Shown: positions 47,086-59,642, numbered from the stretch's first letter. The stretch is DNA of 64,000 bases from Magallana gigas (GCF_963853765.1 NC_088858.1:39866001-39930000), one strand, 5' to 3'. Translations and numbers: made by a program. Notes: generated from the letters alone by a model not told the origin.

Positions 47086-50000
47086 TTAACAATCAGTCAC
47101 AACCAAAAACATTGCTCCATTTTCATCATAACTGGTTTCCAATTTTCCAGTTTGGTTCATGGTTTCCGGTTCACTTTCGCTGCAGGCATCACTGGAACAT
47201 CTTTCTGCATTGTCGATTTCTATTTCAAATTTTTCTTGATTAGCCTTCTTTAACTTCCCCTTTAAACCGATTAGTGTGTCCTTGTGCTTCTCCATATGTT
47301 TTTTAAGATAATACTTTCTGGAAAATGTACTGTTGCATAAATGGCAAACATGCGGTTTTCTCCCTATGTGAGTAGCCAAATGACGAATATAATCTGACTT
47401 GAATGCAAATATTTTGTTGCAGATTTCACAGTGATGTGGCTGGCCTCCATTGTGCTGGAATCTGTGAATAGAGTACTCCCTCCTTGCACTAAAAGAAAGA
47501 TTACACTCCTTACAGTAGAATTTACCATTTACCATTTTCTGTCCATCTTCTGTGTAAAGCGTTTCCTCTCTTTTCTTTGAATTACTTGCTTGACTATTTG
47601 ACTCTGTAAGACTTTTCACAACTGCATTGACATCAGGCTCCAGTTTATCTGCTGGACTATCCACAGATTTTAAAAATGAAAGTCTCTCCTCATAGCTATG
47701 CAAACTCATATGATCATTCAGTGCATTGGGACGTTTAAAAGATTTCCCACAAATCCTACAGGTGTGTGGCTTTAAGGTGGAGTGGGCTGCTTCATGCCTC
47801 ACAAGGTCTGACTTACAAGAAAACAACTTCTTACAGGTTTTACAGGAATGTGGACTTTCACCACGATGTTCCATCTTGTGAATTCTATACTTGGTCACCT
47901 GCTCAAAGCTTTCACTGCAAATACTGCAAACATATTTTCTACATAGAGGTGAACTGAAAGAGGCTTTGTCTGATTGAAGAGATATACTAGTAGACATTTT
48001 CTGGAATAGGATGTCTGTGTTTTCCTCTTCTTCTTTTGCATTCTGTCTTGGGGGATGGCTAGTTTTTCTCACTCTGTTGCCAGACTTTTCTCCTACAGTT
48101 TTCTTTACTGGTTGAGGATCTTCTCTCGATACTGGGGTACAGACAAATCCTAACTTTTCCTCTTCTTCCTCATGTCGGACCATGTGCGTCAAAAATCTAC
48201 GTCTGGTATGAAATCCTTTCCCACACATTTGACACTTATGGGGATAGTGGCCAGTATGGATCCGAACATGCTCTTTTAAATTGGATGGGCGATTAAAAGC
48301 CTTATCACAAAATTCACATTTATGTTTTCGACGGTACTTGTCCCATGGAACATTTTCTGGTTTTAGGATGAGCAATTTCTTACTCTGTGAAGCTGATATT
48401 ACTCGCTGCCCAAAGTGCAGAGCCTTATGAACATTATAGTCTTCTGTACTCTGAAATGCAGCATCACAAATATGGCATGTAAGTATTTCTTTGCAAATAA
48501 GACATCTATCTCCGCTAGAGCTAGTTTGCTTGGATTCTGCAAGATTTGTAAACTCTTTGGACTGTGTTTGTGAGCTTGTATCTTCATCAGTTGATGGATA
48601 GCATTCCTTTTCTAAGACAGGTGGGGCATCATGATTCTCGTCACTGTAGTCATCATAATTGGAATCATTCACTTCCTTCTTTGGTGATAATACTGGAGGT
48701 AATCTGTCCGTTTCTGACTCTATTACCTCCTGTTTAATAATTGGTACCGATTGGTCAGTCACATCCCTCATTTCATTATCAGGTTTTCCAAACATGTGAC
48801 TGTCATCGTATTCAGGATAACACACCTCTTTTTTGACGGACAAAGTTTTAGAAGAATTCCTTGATTCTTCATTTTCTACATTTGTCAGTGAATCCACTTG
48901 TACTTTTTCACATTTTGGTTTAGAAACTGACTTTATCATAGAGCTTCCTTGCATAATACGAGTCAATGCATTTTCGACATTTGAGGCAAAATCTTCTGGG
49001 ACATCCCCATACTCTGAATCACAAATCTCCTCTTTTATTGATTTCTCTGTGGGATTTTCTACTGTATTTTCTACATCTGAAAAAGGAATTGATGAAACAT
49101 CTCCATAGTCTGGATCAAGGACCTCTTGCTTGACGACAAAATAGTTTGGTGTTTCAACTCTACCAGATTTCTGTATACCACACCTCTCAATACTTTCGCG
49201 CTCAACAGAATGATGTTCGGGGTTGCTGTCTTCTTTTTCGATGAACTTATCGAAGTAGTTCTTTTCATCCCGGGAGACAATGTCTGGTTCCATTTCATTA
49301 CTAGTATCATAATCCAATGCAGAATTTAAGAAAAATTCATCATAGAAATCAGATTCCATTTCATCTTTCTTCATGGGTCGCCTTCTTTTATTTGGTTTTG
49401 AAACATTGGACTCTTTACTGTTTAGTCTCCTTTTCAAAATCTTTTTGTCATTAGCAGAAGTATCAGACTTTTCACATGATGTGTTCGGTTTACTAGAACA
49501 TTCTCCATTTTTGTCGTCAATAGACATTGCTGAAGAGAAAGTTTTGCCATTAAGTAATGAAATCAAAGTAGCGGACTTTTTAGTGTTGGTCGGTTTGGGT
49601 GTCAAATATCTTTCAATTTCGTGCGACTGAACTAATCGAGGCTTAAATCCTTTAGAAAGAGGAGCTTGGTTTAACATGTTTAACAAAGATACCGAGTAGA
49701 TCTTCTTCTTGTTTAGAGCTTTCTTCTCATCAGATGACGGAGTACTCCCTAACACAGATTTACCATGAAGCTCCTCTGCCTGGCTTTGTTGCATGGTGAT
49801 CTGGGGTTGCTGAGAGTTTTGCTGTTTGCTTGCTAATATAACTAAAGAACTCAGGTCTGAGTCCAAATTCACTATAGGCAATATAATGTCTTTCATCTTA
49901 GAAATTGATGCTGATGAAACTGAAGTATCACATGATGAAGAACCTGCATTGCCTATTTTTTTCAGAATAGACACCCAAGATTTTGTTTTTTCTGGTTCAT

Positions 50001-50586
50001 CTTTTATTTTGGTTTCGCTGCTCTGTGAGGAACAATTTGATTTTTTAGTAGAAACATCAGCAAATTCTTTTTCAATCATAGTATTTCCATTTCCTTTATC
50101 CATTTCATCAGCCAAAATTTCTTCTTTACAACTGTCTGCTCCACTCTCTGCAATTTTATCTTCTCTAGAACAAGTCTTTTCTGATCCATGCTTAACTGCC
50201 TGCAACTCTTGGTCTGAACCAGCAATACTTGAAACACATTTCTCTGACAATACATTTTGATTATGGGGAATAAGCTCTTGTTGATCCAATTCCTTCTTTA
50301 TTTCAGTGGAGGTGGTTTCCATCTTTCCATTTTCATTTTCTTTCTTTGGCAATTTACTAGTATTTGGCTTGTTGAGGATAGATACTAGTTTAGATCCACC
50401 TTTATTTGTAGTCTGTATAGATGATCCATTTTCATTCGTTAATGAATCCAGCTCAGTTTCTTGTTTTATTTGAAGTCCAGCACCAACTCTAAATGAGTTG
50501 TCTGCCCACTGTATCTTAATCTTGCTGTTCTTCGCTGGATCACCTAGGATTACTGTCTTTGGAAAATCATCATCATCTTCCATCAT
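47086..50586 (-). CDS. C2H2 zinc-finger protein, 1166 aa, nine fingers in three clusters of three; single coding exon
   Basis: Nine CxxC-x12-HxxxH fingers (e.g. KCEFCDKAFNRPSNLKEHVRIHTG, TCRICGKSFKRPNALNDHMSLH, VCHLCNSTFSRKYYLKKHMEKH). Long acidic disordered N-terminus. A splice acceptor at ~50614 indicates an upstream UTR exon. Confidence 0.95.
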   Translation of the reverse strand: MMEDDDDFPKTVILGDPAKNSKIKIQWADNSFRVGAGLQIKQETELDSLTNENGSSIQTTNKGGSKLVSILNKPNTSKLPKKENENGKMETTSTEIKKELDQQELIPHNQNVLSEKCVSSIAGSDQELQAVKHGSEKTCSREDKIAESGADSCKEEILADEMDKGNGNTMIEKEFADVSTKKSNCSSQSSETKIKDEPEKTKSWVSILKKIGNAGSSSCDTSVSSASISKMKDIILPIVNLDSDLSSLVILASKQQNSQQPQITMQQSQAEELHGKSVLGSTPSSDEKKALNKKKIYSVSLLNMLNQAPLSKGFKPRLVQSHEIERYLTPKPTNTKKSATLISLLNGKTFSSAMSIDDKNGECSSKPNTSCEKSDTSANDKKILKRRLNSKESNVSKPNKRRRPMKKDEMESDFYDEFFLNSALDYDTSNEMEPDIVSRDEKNYFDKFIEKEDSNPEHHSVERESIERCGIQKSGRVETPNYFVVKQEVLDPDYGDVSSIPFSDVENTVENPTEKSIKEEICDSEYGDVPEDFASNVENALTRIMQGSSMIKSVSKPKCEKVQVDSLTNVENEESRNSSKTLSVKKEVCYPEYDDSHMFGKPDNEMRDVTDQSVPIIKQEVIESETDRLPPVLSPKKEVNDSNYDDYSDENHDAPPVLEKECYPSTDEDTSSQTQSKEFTNLAESKQTSSSGDRCLICKEILTCHICDAAFQSTEDYNVHKALHFGQRVISASQSKKLLILKPENVPWDKYRRKHKCEFCDKAFNRPSNLKEHVRIHTGHYPHKCQMCGKGFHTRRRFLTHMVRHEEEEEKLGFVCTPVSREDPQPVKKTVGEKSGNRVRKTSHPPRQNAKEEEENTDILFQKMSTSISLQSDKASFSSPLCRKYVCSICSESFEQVTKYRIHKMEHRGESPHSCKTCKKLFSCKSDLVRHEAAHSTLKPHTCRICGKSFKRPNALNDHMSLHSYEERLSFLKSVDSPADKLEPDVNAVVKSLTESNSQASNSKKREETLYTEDGQKMVNGKFYCKECNLSFSARREYSIHRFQHNGGQPHHCEICNKIFAFKSDYIRHLATHIGRKPHVCHLCNSTFSRKYYLKKHMEKHKDTLIGLKGKLKKANQEKFEIEIDNAERCSSDACSESEPETMNQTGKLETSYDENGAMFLVVTDC

Positions 50587-51724
50587 TCATTAGATGTTCT
50601 TCTTTCTTGTAAACCTACATACAAAATAAAGGGGAAAAATGCTTTTGAATTTTCTTTACCAAATTATTTTAAATTTACTGCTTTGATTTTAAATACATGT
50701 ATGTGTTAATAATTAACTAAACATGCCACTGAATTTATATGTGTCAATCAATTCTTTGTTTACTAAAACCATATCACTGACATATGAGCCAATTAAGGTA
50801 CTTGTCAAAATACATAAAAACAAGATAACGGTATCTGTAAACCTATGCTCACTAGTAATCCCCCAGCTCTGATGTGTACATACTTAACAAAATAAGCAAA
50901 GTCAGCATTTTACAGAAAGTTTACATCTGACTGGTACAAAAATATATCCCAAAAATATTCACTAACAGTATTCATCAACAATGGCAACCATTCTTCCTTT
51001 GTAAGTTTCAACGCAGTAAATAAAACTGAATTGTTATACTCTCCTCTAATTTTTTAATGCCAACCAAATGTGAATAATAAGACGATTTACAGTACACATT
51101 TTTCCATATCAAAATTAATTGATCATAGAAAAAATAGCATTTTATCAGTTTTATTAGTATTTAATCCTTTGTGTTTTTTGTACAAACTATTTTATATGCT
51201 AGCAGACTAGTGTTGGAAACTTCCTTCTTGTGTATGTTACTACTTGCAGGGTTCATGCGCGTAAAAACATCTTCAGATTGATAAATACCAAAAAAATACA
51301 TAAAATTATTGCTCATTACAATTTACCTACATTAAAGGTCAGCAATCAGAAATATGCCCGCTTATTTATCTACTGGGAAAGCCAACACAGGTCTGGTGTC
51401 AGTTCGTACGGTTGTTGGCAGAATTTTTACAGGAAACTTCCACCGAGTCGATAAATACAAAGTGCCTAATGCTAAGAAAAAATATTTCCGCATTACGCGG
51501 ACCTTGTAGATCAAACATATTGAGTTGTTTTTCAAGTTTGATTATCGGTTGTCTTTCTTGAAATAATTTTTATCGAAAGGCTTTTGGATTCAGAAGGCAC
51601 AGGGTGGCGAAGTAATTGAAACTTCCATTTCCATTTTAAGGTTAATTATGTTAATTTCCCAATAATATTTTTAATACCTCCCTCAAATTAAAGTAGGGGG
51701 TGGGCAACTCCTCCAAAATTTGAT

Positions 51725-53600
51725 TTTAAGAAAAAAGATGGGTGAATAAGGCGTGTAAACTGCCTATATGAGGATAGATATTCTTTATTGACCAAAGGAG
51801 CCATGTGGCTCATAGGCATATAATACATACAATTAACAGGCGAATGGCGGGGGATTCTACATGATATATATATCAAATGGTGTACAATATTATTAATATA
51901 TAATAGATATGTAAATATACGTAAGGCAGATAACATCATAAGTGATTAACATAATAAGTTTTCTCTCAGCTTCGAAGCTTTCAATAAATATTGGCAAAGT
52001 TTCTGAGTAGATTTAAAATTATCATAACTAAACAACTGTATAAATTTGAAAAAGGAAGGTTTCTTATAGTAGTAAGGTTTTATGTATTTTTCTCGAAATT
52101 CGAAAAAGCAGGACATATCAGAACAAAATGAAATTCGTCCTCTATCTCTTGAGAATTACACAAAGTACAATTACGGTCATTTCTAGGTATGTTTTTATAC
52201 CTTCCGTTTTCAACGTTTAAGGAATGCGCTGATATTCTATATTTACATAACAGAGACTTTTCTTTATGTGACAGTCGTTTCAAAAGATATTTCTGTAAAC
52301 AAAAATGTGAAGCTATTTCCTTGTACACTATACATTTTGAAGAATTTTCAAAAACACTATAACAATTCTGTATGAACGCGTCCGTAAGGCGCTGTTCAAC
52401 TAGTAGAACAATTGTTTAACATTAGTAACTTCTTGTTGTTCCCAATAATTTCCAAGTCCCAGACAATAAAGTTCATTTCTAACGAGACTTACCCAGTTTT
52501 TACATTTTTGCTGTTGTTTTTCATATTCATATAACAATTCCTTATAACAGTTCTGAAGTATACAATTATTTGTTGTCAGCAAGCTACACCAGTATTTCAA
52601 AATACGAAGTTTTCTTTGTACATACATAGGATATCTACCAAATTCAAAGTAAACCATAAAATTATTTGTAGATTTTCGAAGCGACATAATTCTTTTCAAA
52701 AAATCAGTATGTATTTTTCAACTTGTGGGGCTTTATGAAAACCCCAAGTTTCACACCCATAGTTCAGAACAGAGCTAATATATGTATCAAATAAAGAGAG
52801 CGTGGTCTCAACATTTAGACTATTTTCTTTAACCCTTTTCAACAGTAAAAACAAACATTTTTTTGCTTGTATTGCAATTGAGTTTTGCGTAGAGTCAAAT
52901 TTGCCATTATACTTGAAATTAACACCAAGATAAGTAAATACGTCAACAATTTCGAGCTCTGTGTTATCATAAAAACATTTTATAAGATAAGATACTATAA
53001 AATTAAAATATGAACAAATCTCATAATGTCTTTCTAAATTATTGAAAACAATGTACATGTATATTTACCACCATAACATCGATTTATAACCCTTAGATAT
53101 GTTAAATAGGTTGATTTAAACTGGCGTATGCGTGTCATAACCCCCAAATAGTGTCATTTTTAGAACTATAATGTCTTTTCTTTGATAGAGTGAGTCTGGG
53201 CTCCATATTTTTGTCATTGTGTATATTAGGTTTAAAGGAAATTAATTTCCTTTGATTTCAATCAACAAAAACGTTGAGAGATGAGCCACTATACTTTAAA
53301 AATGCCATTTTGTATACCAACAATTGAACGTTTTAGAAAAATGCTACAAGTCCGAAAAATTCGTGTTTGAATATAGCATTTAACAATGGAGTTTGATGTG
53401 ACTGATATGGCGGGCTTTTAGATTGTGGGTTCGATACCACCAAAACTTTTTAATTTATTTTTTTCTTATCATCGTTTGTTACCATATTCAAAACTGAGTA
53501 TAGTTAAAAATTGTGCTTTTGTTAACTTGTATTATAACATTATCAAGTATATTTAGTTGGAAAAAATTAAATTTGAAATTGTATTTTACGACTAAACCAA
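51725..53600. repeat. Dispersed repeat (copy 2), interrupted by the LINE fragment
   Basis: 51725-51780 matches 28975-29033 and 52985-53600 matches 29030-29690. Confidence 0.7.
51781..52990 (-). mobile_element. 5'-truncated, frameshifted non-LTR retrotransposon (CR1/L2-group LINE 3' end)
   Basis: Three broken frames: LEIVDVFTYLGVNF..LSLFDTYISSVLNYGCETWG; VYFEFGRYP..ILKYW; CKYRISAHSLNVENGRY..R.CTLC..EIEDEFHFVLICP (RT thumb and C-terminal region). Ends with AATAAAGAAT. Confidence 0.88.
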
Positions 53601-54463
53601 ATGGGCATTTGCGCTATCTTGTTTCCCCATCTTCTTCGTTTACACGCCAAGGTGTGTTGAGGATCTCCTCCTAAATTAATTTTTCTATAAGACAATTTAT
53701 AAAAGTCGTTTGAAGATTTTTTCGTAACTACCTGTGATTTATGTTAAAAATTCAAATCATGTACATGTTTGATAGACATATAAATACCATTATCTTTTTA
53801 CTCGATAAAAAAACTCATTGTCGGCACCTGTAAAATATGATTAATTCTTAAAACCCGTTATTTGAATAATGAAGAATGTTTTAAATAATCATTCCTTATA
53901 ATTGCAAGGAAGCCAAAATATTGATAACTATTTTGTCGAGAGTTGTCAATCTAACAATAATACATTATGTGGATTAGAACGGTATTTCCGCAACTATATA
54001 TTTACTGAACGAGTTATCAAATGATCAAATGGCAATGTCATTCATATTCATTGCCGTATTTTACAAGAAAATAAATAAATGAGACACAGTGTCTAATTGT
54101 CACGTGACCATTTTGTATTAAAATTGTATTGTGTATGTAAAATGGGATAACCGACTTGCATAATTAATAAATGTGTTTCTTTTTTCCAGTCAATTGCTTC
54201 AAAGTTTTCACATTACGAATATAAGTGGGTTTTTTAATTATTGTTTACCCTCCCCCACCGGCCCCACCTTTCCAAAAATACCCCTCATTTCCCCATCATC
54301 GCCACGTTTTGTTAATTGTGTGGATCTTTTATTTTTTACTATCCACAGGCACTCCAACTTACTAGAAAATATCAAAGTACTGAAGTACTGAAAGCCGGGC
54401 TCTTTTGGTGTGTCTTTATGCATACTGTGTAGTAAACGTTGAAAATCTCTCTAAATCTAAATC

Positions 54464-54467
<4 letters not shown>

Positions 54468-54514
<47 letters not shown>
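54468..54514. repeat. (CT)n microsatellite
   Basis: Direct reading. Confidence 0.97.
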
Positions 54515-54517
<3 letters not shown>

Positions 54518-56095
54518 AGACCTAATTTGAGACCTTGCGGCTAACTTAGCAGTCCGTTCAATAGACCTAGATATCTACGACCTAGCGGCTAGGCTAGCAG
54601 CTACGATCTTGAACGCAGCCCAGGACTTTGCTTTCAGCAGAGCCCGGCTAAAAATGAACACCTTGTAGTCCAGTGCTACGAAATAAACGAAGTTAGATTT
54701 AGATTTTATATAAAAGGGGATAGTTATATACATGTATTATTTAATTTCGTATCAAGAGTACTGTTGGAAAACTAGTCTGAAAGGGTTTTCCTCTCCGTTA
54801 GTTGACTAGATTTCTAACGGACAGAAACCCAGATATGTGATGGAGGTTGGGACCGCCTTTTAGGCTTTATATACTGCCAGTTTCCGCGGTGAAAAGTGAT
54901 TTCATGTGATGATGTATATTTCCCTCTCTGAAGAAAACAAAGTATTTGGATTGAAAGCTTTGTATACATTTTTTATACACACTAAATACTTTCTCCTGTA
55001 CTGCTGAATAACTGTCTTACTGGATGACGTGGAATTGTTTTATGGTAGTAATTTTTGTAGGTAATTATCAATTAACAAATTAACTCAAACACTTTATAAT
55101 AAATGATTTTTATTTAAAAATACAACTTTAAAAATACACCAAAAGGTGTAAAATACACTCTTCAACGTTGACAACTTATTCGAATTGGTGACATAACACT
55201 ATTACATGTACATGCATGTATATTGTAGTGTGAAAACAGGAATTATCTTTACCTACAACCACACTGATTGCAATTGTGTATATACTAAATAATGACAATT
55301 TATGACAATAAGGGGCACTTGGTTTTTATTTTGATTCACATGCCCTATTACAAGTGCTATCTTTGTCAGTATTTCCGCCTATATAATAGAAACCACAGTG
55401 TGATGATTTGAATACAAATGAACCAATACCTCTGTAATTATAAATGGCCCGTTTATACGCTTTTCACAGAACTGTTTTCAGAAAATTTGTCATTTTCAGC
55501 ACAATGATGTATATTTTCATTCATCAAACCACATACATAACCAAAACATACCTCGTTTTGGTAAGAATAAATTAAAAAAAAAAAACCCAGTTAATTAGCT
55601 GTAATGATTAATTTTTTTATTTACCAACCATGTAAAATAAATAAAACAAAAGCAAACAATAAAAAGAACCAACTTAAGGTAAATATTACAGTACCACCCC
55701 TCCCCTATATTTCCACATTAATCGCAAAGCTCAAGAACGTTTAACTAGTCATATAAAAAATATAACTGAATCCGGTCCCCTTTTGACCTCGTCATTCTTT
55801 ACTTTTTCACGCCGTTTAGCATCGTCCGCATCGGTATCGTAAATTTGGTGGACAGCTGTTCTGGTCACAAATGCCTAGAAAAATAAATGACAGAATTATG
55901 CAAATTTTGTGTAATCTTTCATAGGTTGTATATTGATAATATTATTAAAGCGTCCAAAATTAAGTTTAAAAAAATATAGGTCTTTTTTTTTGGTTGGTGT
56001 CTTTTTAGTTTCGGTCACATATACTCAGATTTAAAAAAATGCTGAAGAAGACAGAAATAGATTAATTAATTTTTCGAAGCCTAGAGGCATCATTG

Positions 56096-57606
56096 TCAAG
56101 GACGAACTGGTCTGTACAGTGTTCGGAGCATGTCCATACATTCTGAAGAAATTGAATTCCCCCCAAAAAATCGACAGGTTTAAAACGCATGTTGATTGAT
56201 ATATGATTGACGCATGATCGCGAGCGGCAATTGTTGCACGATTATTCTCCCGATTCACGAATTCAGATCAAAGGCCATGAATTGACACATTATACATGTT
56301 TCTTACACTGCACGGTATTTCCGTGTGTGAGATTGATGACGAAACACCTTTCTTACCCGGATGTCCGATGGGCCTTCCCAACAAACTTTTCCTTTCCAAG
56401 AAATTGATCAGTTTGGCGTTAAATGTATAGGAGGCGACAAATTGACAGAGAGTCTGTATGTTGTGTCTGGTAGTATTCAGACCGAGTTCCACTCCATTGG
56501 GGACCCCGTCTCTGTCAGAATCCGCTAAACAGAGCTCCTCGGTAAACTTGTGGCCGTTCCTCTGGAAGTCCTGGAGAAAATTAACCCAAAAAATTCCGTC
56601 AGTCCGTGAATTATAAAACATTTATCTTGATTAAACAGGCATGTTATTTTGAATTTTTCGTAAATAAAAAGAATCTTTTGGTAGATATGTTGAATATTAG
56701 AAATGATTGTGTGTGGGTTGTTTTTTTTTAAATCAATGCTATTTTTTTCAAACCATATACCGTATTTACAGTTGCTTGATGGGGCGGGGGGGGGGGGGGG
56801 GGGGGTTGGTTGCAAAATTATTTTAGTTTTTGACCAGTTTTAAACTGAGATACGACTAAAAGACGAAAATCCCATCGTCTCAATCCACAATCTGGAGCTC
56901 GCATAGTTCTCTCCACACGGAAGAGGATCGAACGTACAAATTGTTGTGATGCATTACCATCAAATATACTAGAAACAAACGTTAAATTAACACAAGCTAG
57001 TGTAATTTCTATCATTGTCGCATGCCACAGCCAGTTTTGTGTCCTTTCAATTTCCGCAAACTAGAATGAACACAAAACCCGTGGCTTGCGACTATGAATT
57101 TCTTCACCATAAAGGAATTTTAATATTGTAAAATGAAATCTTTTATTGAAAAAAAACTCGCACCACACAATCAAAATAAAAGATGTAAAAGAAAAGGAAA
57201 AAAAAGATGTGATAATGGTAACAAAGATAATTGCTATTTTTTCTTTAACTTATTTATTATAATTATTCATTTATTTAATTATTTTTTTGGGAAAACTTAC
57301 TTTTCCAAAAATAAATGAGAATCTAGCAGATTGCGATAAAGAAAAAGTTATCAAAAAATAAATAATAATGATAAATGAGAATGATTTTAAAACGTTTTTG
57401 GCTACTTGAAAACTTAAAAAAAAACTTACTCTTCCGAAGTTGTTAAGGTCCCTAGAGTTTGGAGCGCTGTGTCCAACTCGACCCCAGGTACGTCTAGGGC
57501 AGCAGGGGTCGGGAACATTGTTACCATTTAGAATCAAATTCTTGTAACTTGGCAGAAAGTGCGCCACTGTAAACAACAAAGTTCCCAGAAAGATTGAAAT
57601 CAGCAT
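56096..57606 (-). CDS. Temptin-like secreted protein, 3 exons, ~145 aa
   Basis: Exons 57606-57430, 56570-56357 and probably 56142-56096 (438 nt). Signal MLISIFLGTLLFTVAHF. Temptin motifs: NG.NVPDPC, W..VGH, NNFGRDF..NGHKFT.ELC.ADSD.DG..NG.ELG, ..GHP. The last exon is the least certain. Confidence 0.85.
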
Positions 57607-58121
57607 GTTGTCTGATCTATACTGTCCGATTACAAAGGTAAAATAAAGTTTGTCAGTAACTTAAAAATAGAAAATCCCGGGGCACCACACGTCAATCTCG
57701 TGTGACGTCACGATTCAGCCCAGTTCCTCCTTCATTGTTGAAATGATGAACAGCCATTAATTACTGGTGTGTATAAAGCCACACATTTGAGGGCCGTTTA
57801 TAATAATTTTGACACCTGTATAATTGTTTTCTAATTGTATTCAACATTAGTAACGAACGAAAGAGAAAAAACACTGTCGAAAAAGAGGAGAATGATTTTT
57901 TTTATTAGTTTAACCTACAAGGCACCGTCAACAACGTATATATTTAAAACATTTAACATATTTTTGTGTATATTGGATCTTTGTAACTAAAAATACCTAC
58001 TCTTCTTAGTTTACTGTTGTTGACGTCAGTTTCTTTGTCCTTTATGAAACGCGCTGTCCTTTACCAAATTTAGATTCTTCAAAATCAAAATTTGTTGTTC
58101 AATATTGATAATAACAGGCAT

Positions 58122-59382
58122 TGTTACAACGCACTATGAAATTGCTTTTTTCAAATTGCTTTAACTTCGGGACCAAGTCTACGCACTTTAAAATACATAT
58201 ATTTTTTTTTCAAAGTGCGTTGAATCAGATATTAACGAACTTTGAAAAAAATGTTCAAGGTTTAGTCGAAATAATTGATATTTTTATATACAATAAATGA
58301 TTGTTTTAACCTTGCATAGCTCAATGGGATTATACTATTTTTTTAAAATTGAGCCCACGGCATTCTCAGCTAACTTGATAATCAGTTTCTCGATTAGAAT
58401 ATTTATAATTTCTCATTAGCTTACATACATGTAGTTTGACAATAAACACATGAAAAATAACTCGGGAGATTTGAATTATCAAGATATGACATAAACTGCA
58501 AATGTCTTTTCCTTTTTTTTTTTTTTTGGTATTCCACAAATTTGCTTCTTATCTGGACATTGGGCTATGCCAGAAACGAAACTGATTTATATATATTGAT
58601 AATGGAGATCAATGTATAACATTTTTCTACTGGCTTCAATTGCATGTTCTTGTAAATAAAATGATGTGAAAGAATGATGCGTACGTCTTGTTTTTACGAA
58701 AACATTATGATTTTTTAGACCTAAAGTGCGAGAGGAAAAAAACCCATCCCCTAATGCTTTTTTTTGGTGTATACTTAAATAATGCTTTTCAATGTAAACT
58801 TTTTTCATAATGAAGTGTCGATATATTTGATTATAATTTTAAATGGGTTTATGTTGAAACACTTACAGATTCTTTAACATACCATTTGGGGAAATTGTTC
58901 TTTGGCCAGCTCGTTTTTTTTTCAACATCACTGTGTTTATTTCACGACAAAGCATACTTTAACGTTGACACCAAGTTGCAGAATATCATATATTTTGAAA
59001 GGAAAAATGACGGGTGAGAAACCTTTTTCCTGTAATCAATTAAATAATGTACTGGTAATTGACCTGTATCTTTGGCCCCCCCCCCCTCCCCCCAACACAT
59101 GCAAACCCCATCCACGTTCTCAAACACGGTAAATGAGATTCACTAATGTTAACAAATCATCATACTTTCAACAATTCCAGAATTCGTGATTTAAAAGTGC
59201 GTTAGAAGTCAAGTGTATCGATAATAACACGATAAAAACACGTTGATTTACCTACATAACGCACTTTGAATTTTTTTTCAATATGGGTTAGCTTGGTCCC
59301 TTTAACGCACTTTAAAAAAAAGATAAAATGCGTTGATTTGGTGGTCCCAAAGTGCGTAACTTTTTCAAAGTGCGTTGCCACA
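58122..59382. mobile_element. 1.26-kb non-autonomous TIR element, TGT..ACA ends, 6-bp TSD, subterminal AACGCACTTT arrays
   Basis: Left end TGTTACAACGCACTATGAAA; right end reverse complement TGTGGCAACGCACTTTGAAA. AGGCAT at 58116-58121 and 59383-59388. Confidence 0.8.
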
Positions 59383-59560
59383 AGGCATCAAATAAAATTT
59401 TAAAATTTACATTTGTAAATACATGTATATTTTCTGTTAGGAACCCTCAGATATTTCCGTGTGAACTTTTTCACGGGACAGGTCGTATTTTTGAACGATT
59501 TGACATTATCAAATGCAAATATTTAAGTAATATAAAAGAACAATGTTAAACGATTCACTG

Positions 59561-59561
<1 letters not shown>

Positions 59562-59640
<79 letters not shown>
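59562..59640. repeat. (TA)n microsatellite
   Basis: Direct reading. Confidence 0.97.

Positions 59641-59642
<2 letters not shown>

Noticed and set aside
48833-50260. Plus-strand ORFs over the ZF gene, plus similar antisense ORFs over the vWA, cactin and oxidase exons
   Set aside because: Shadow frames of real coding sequence on the opposite strand or in other frames.
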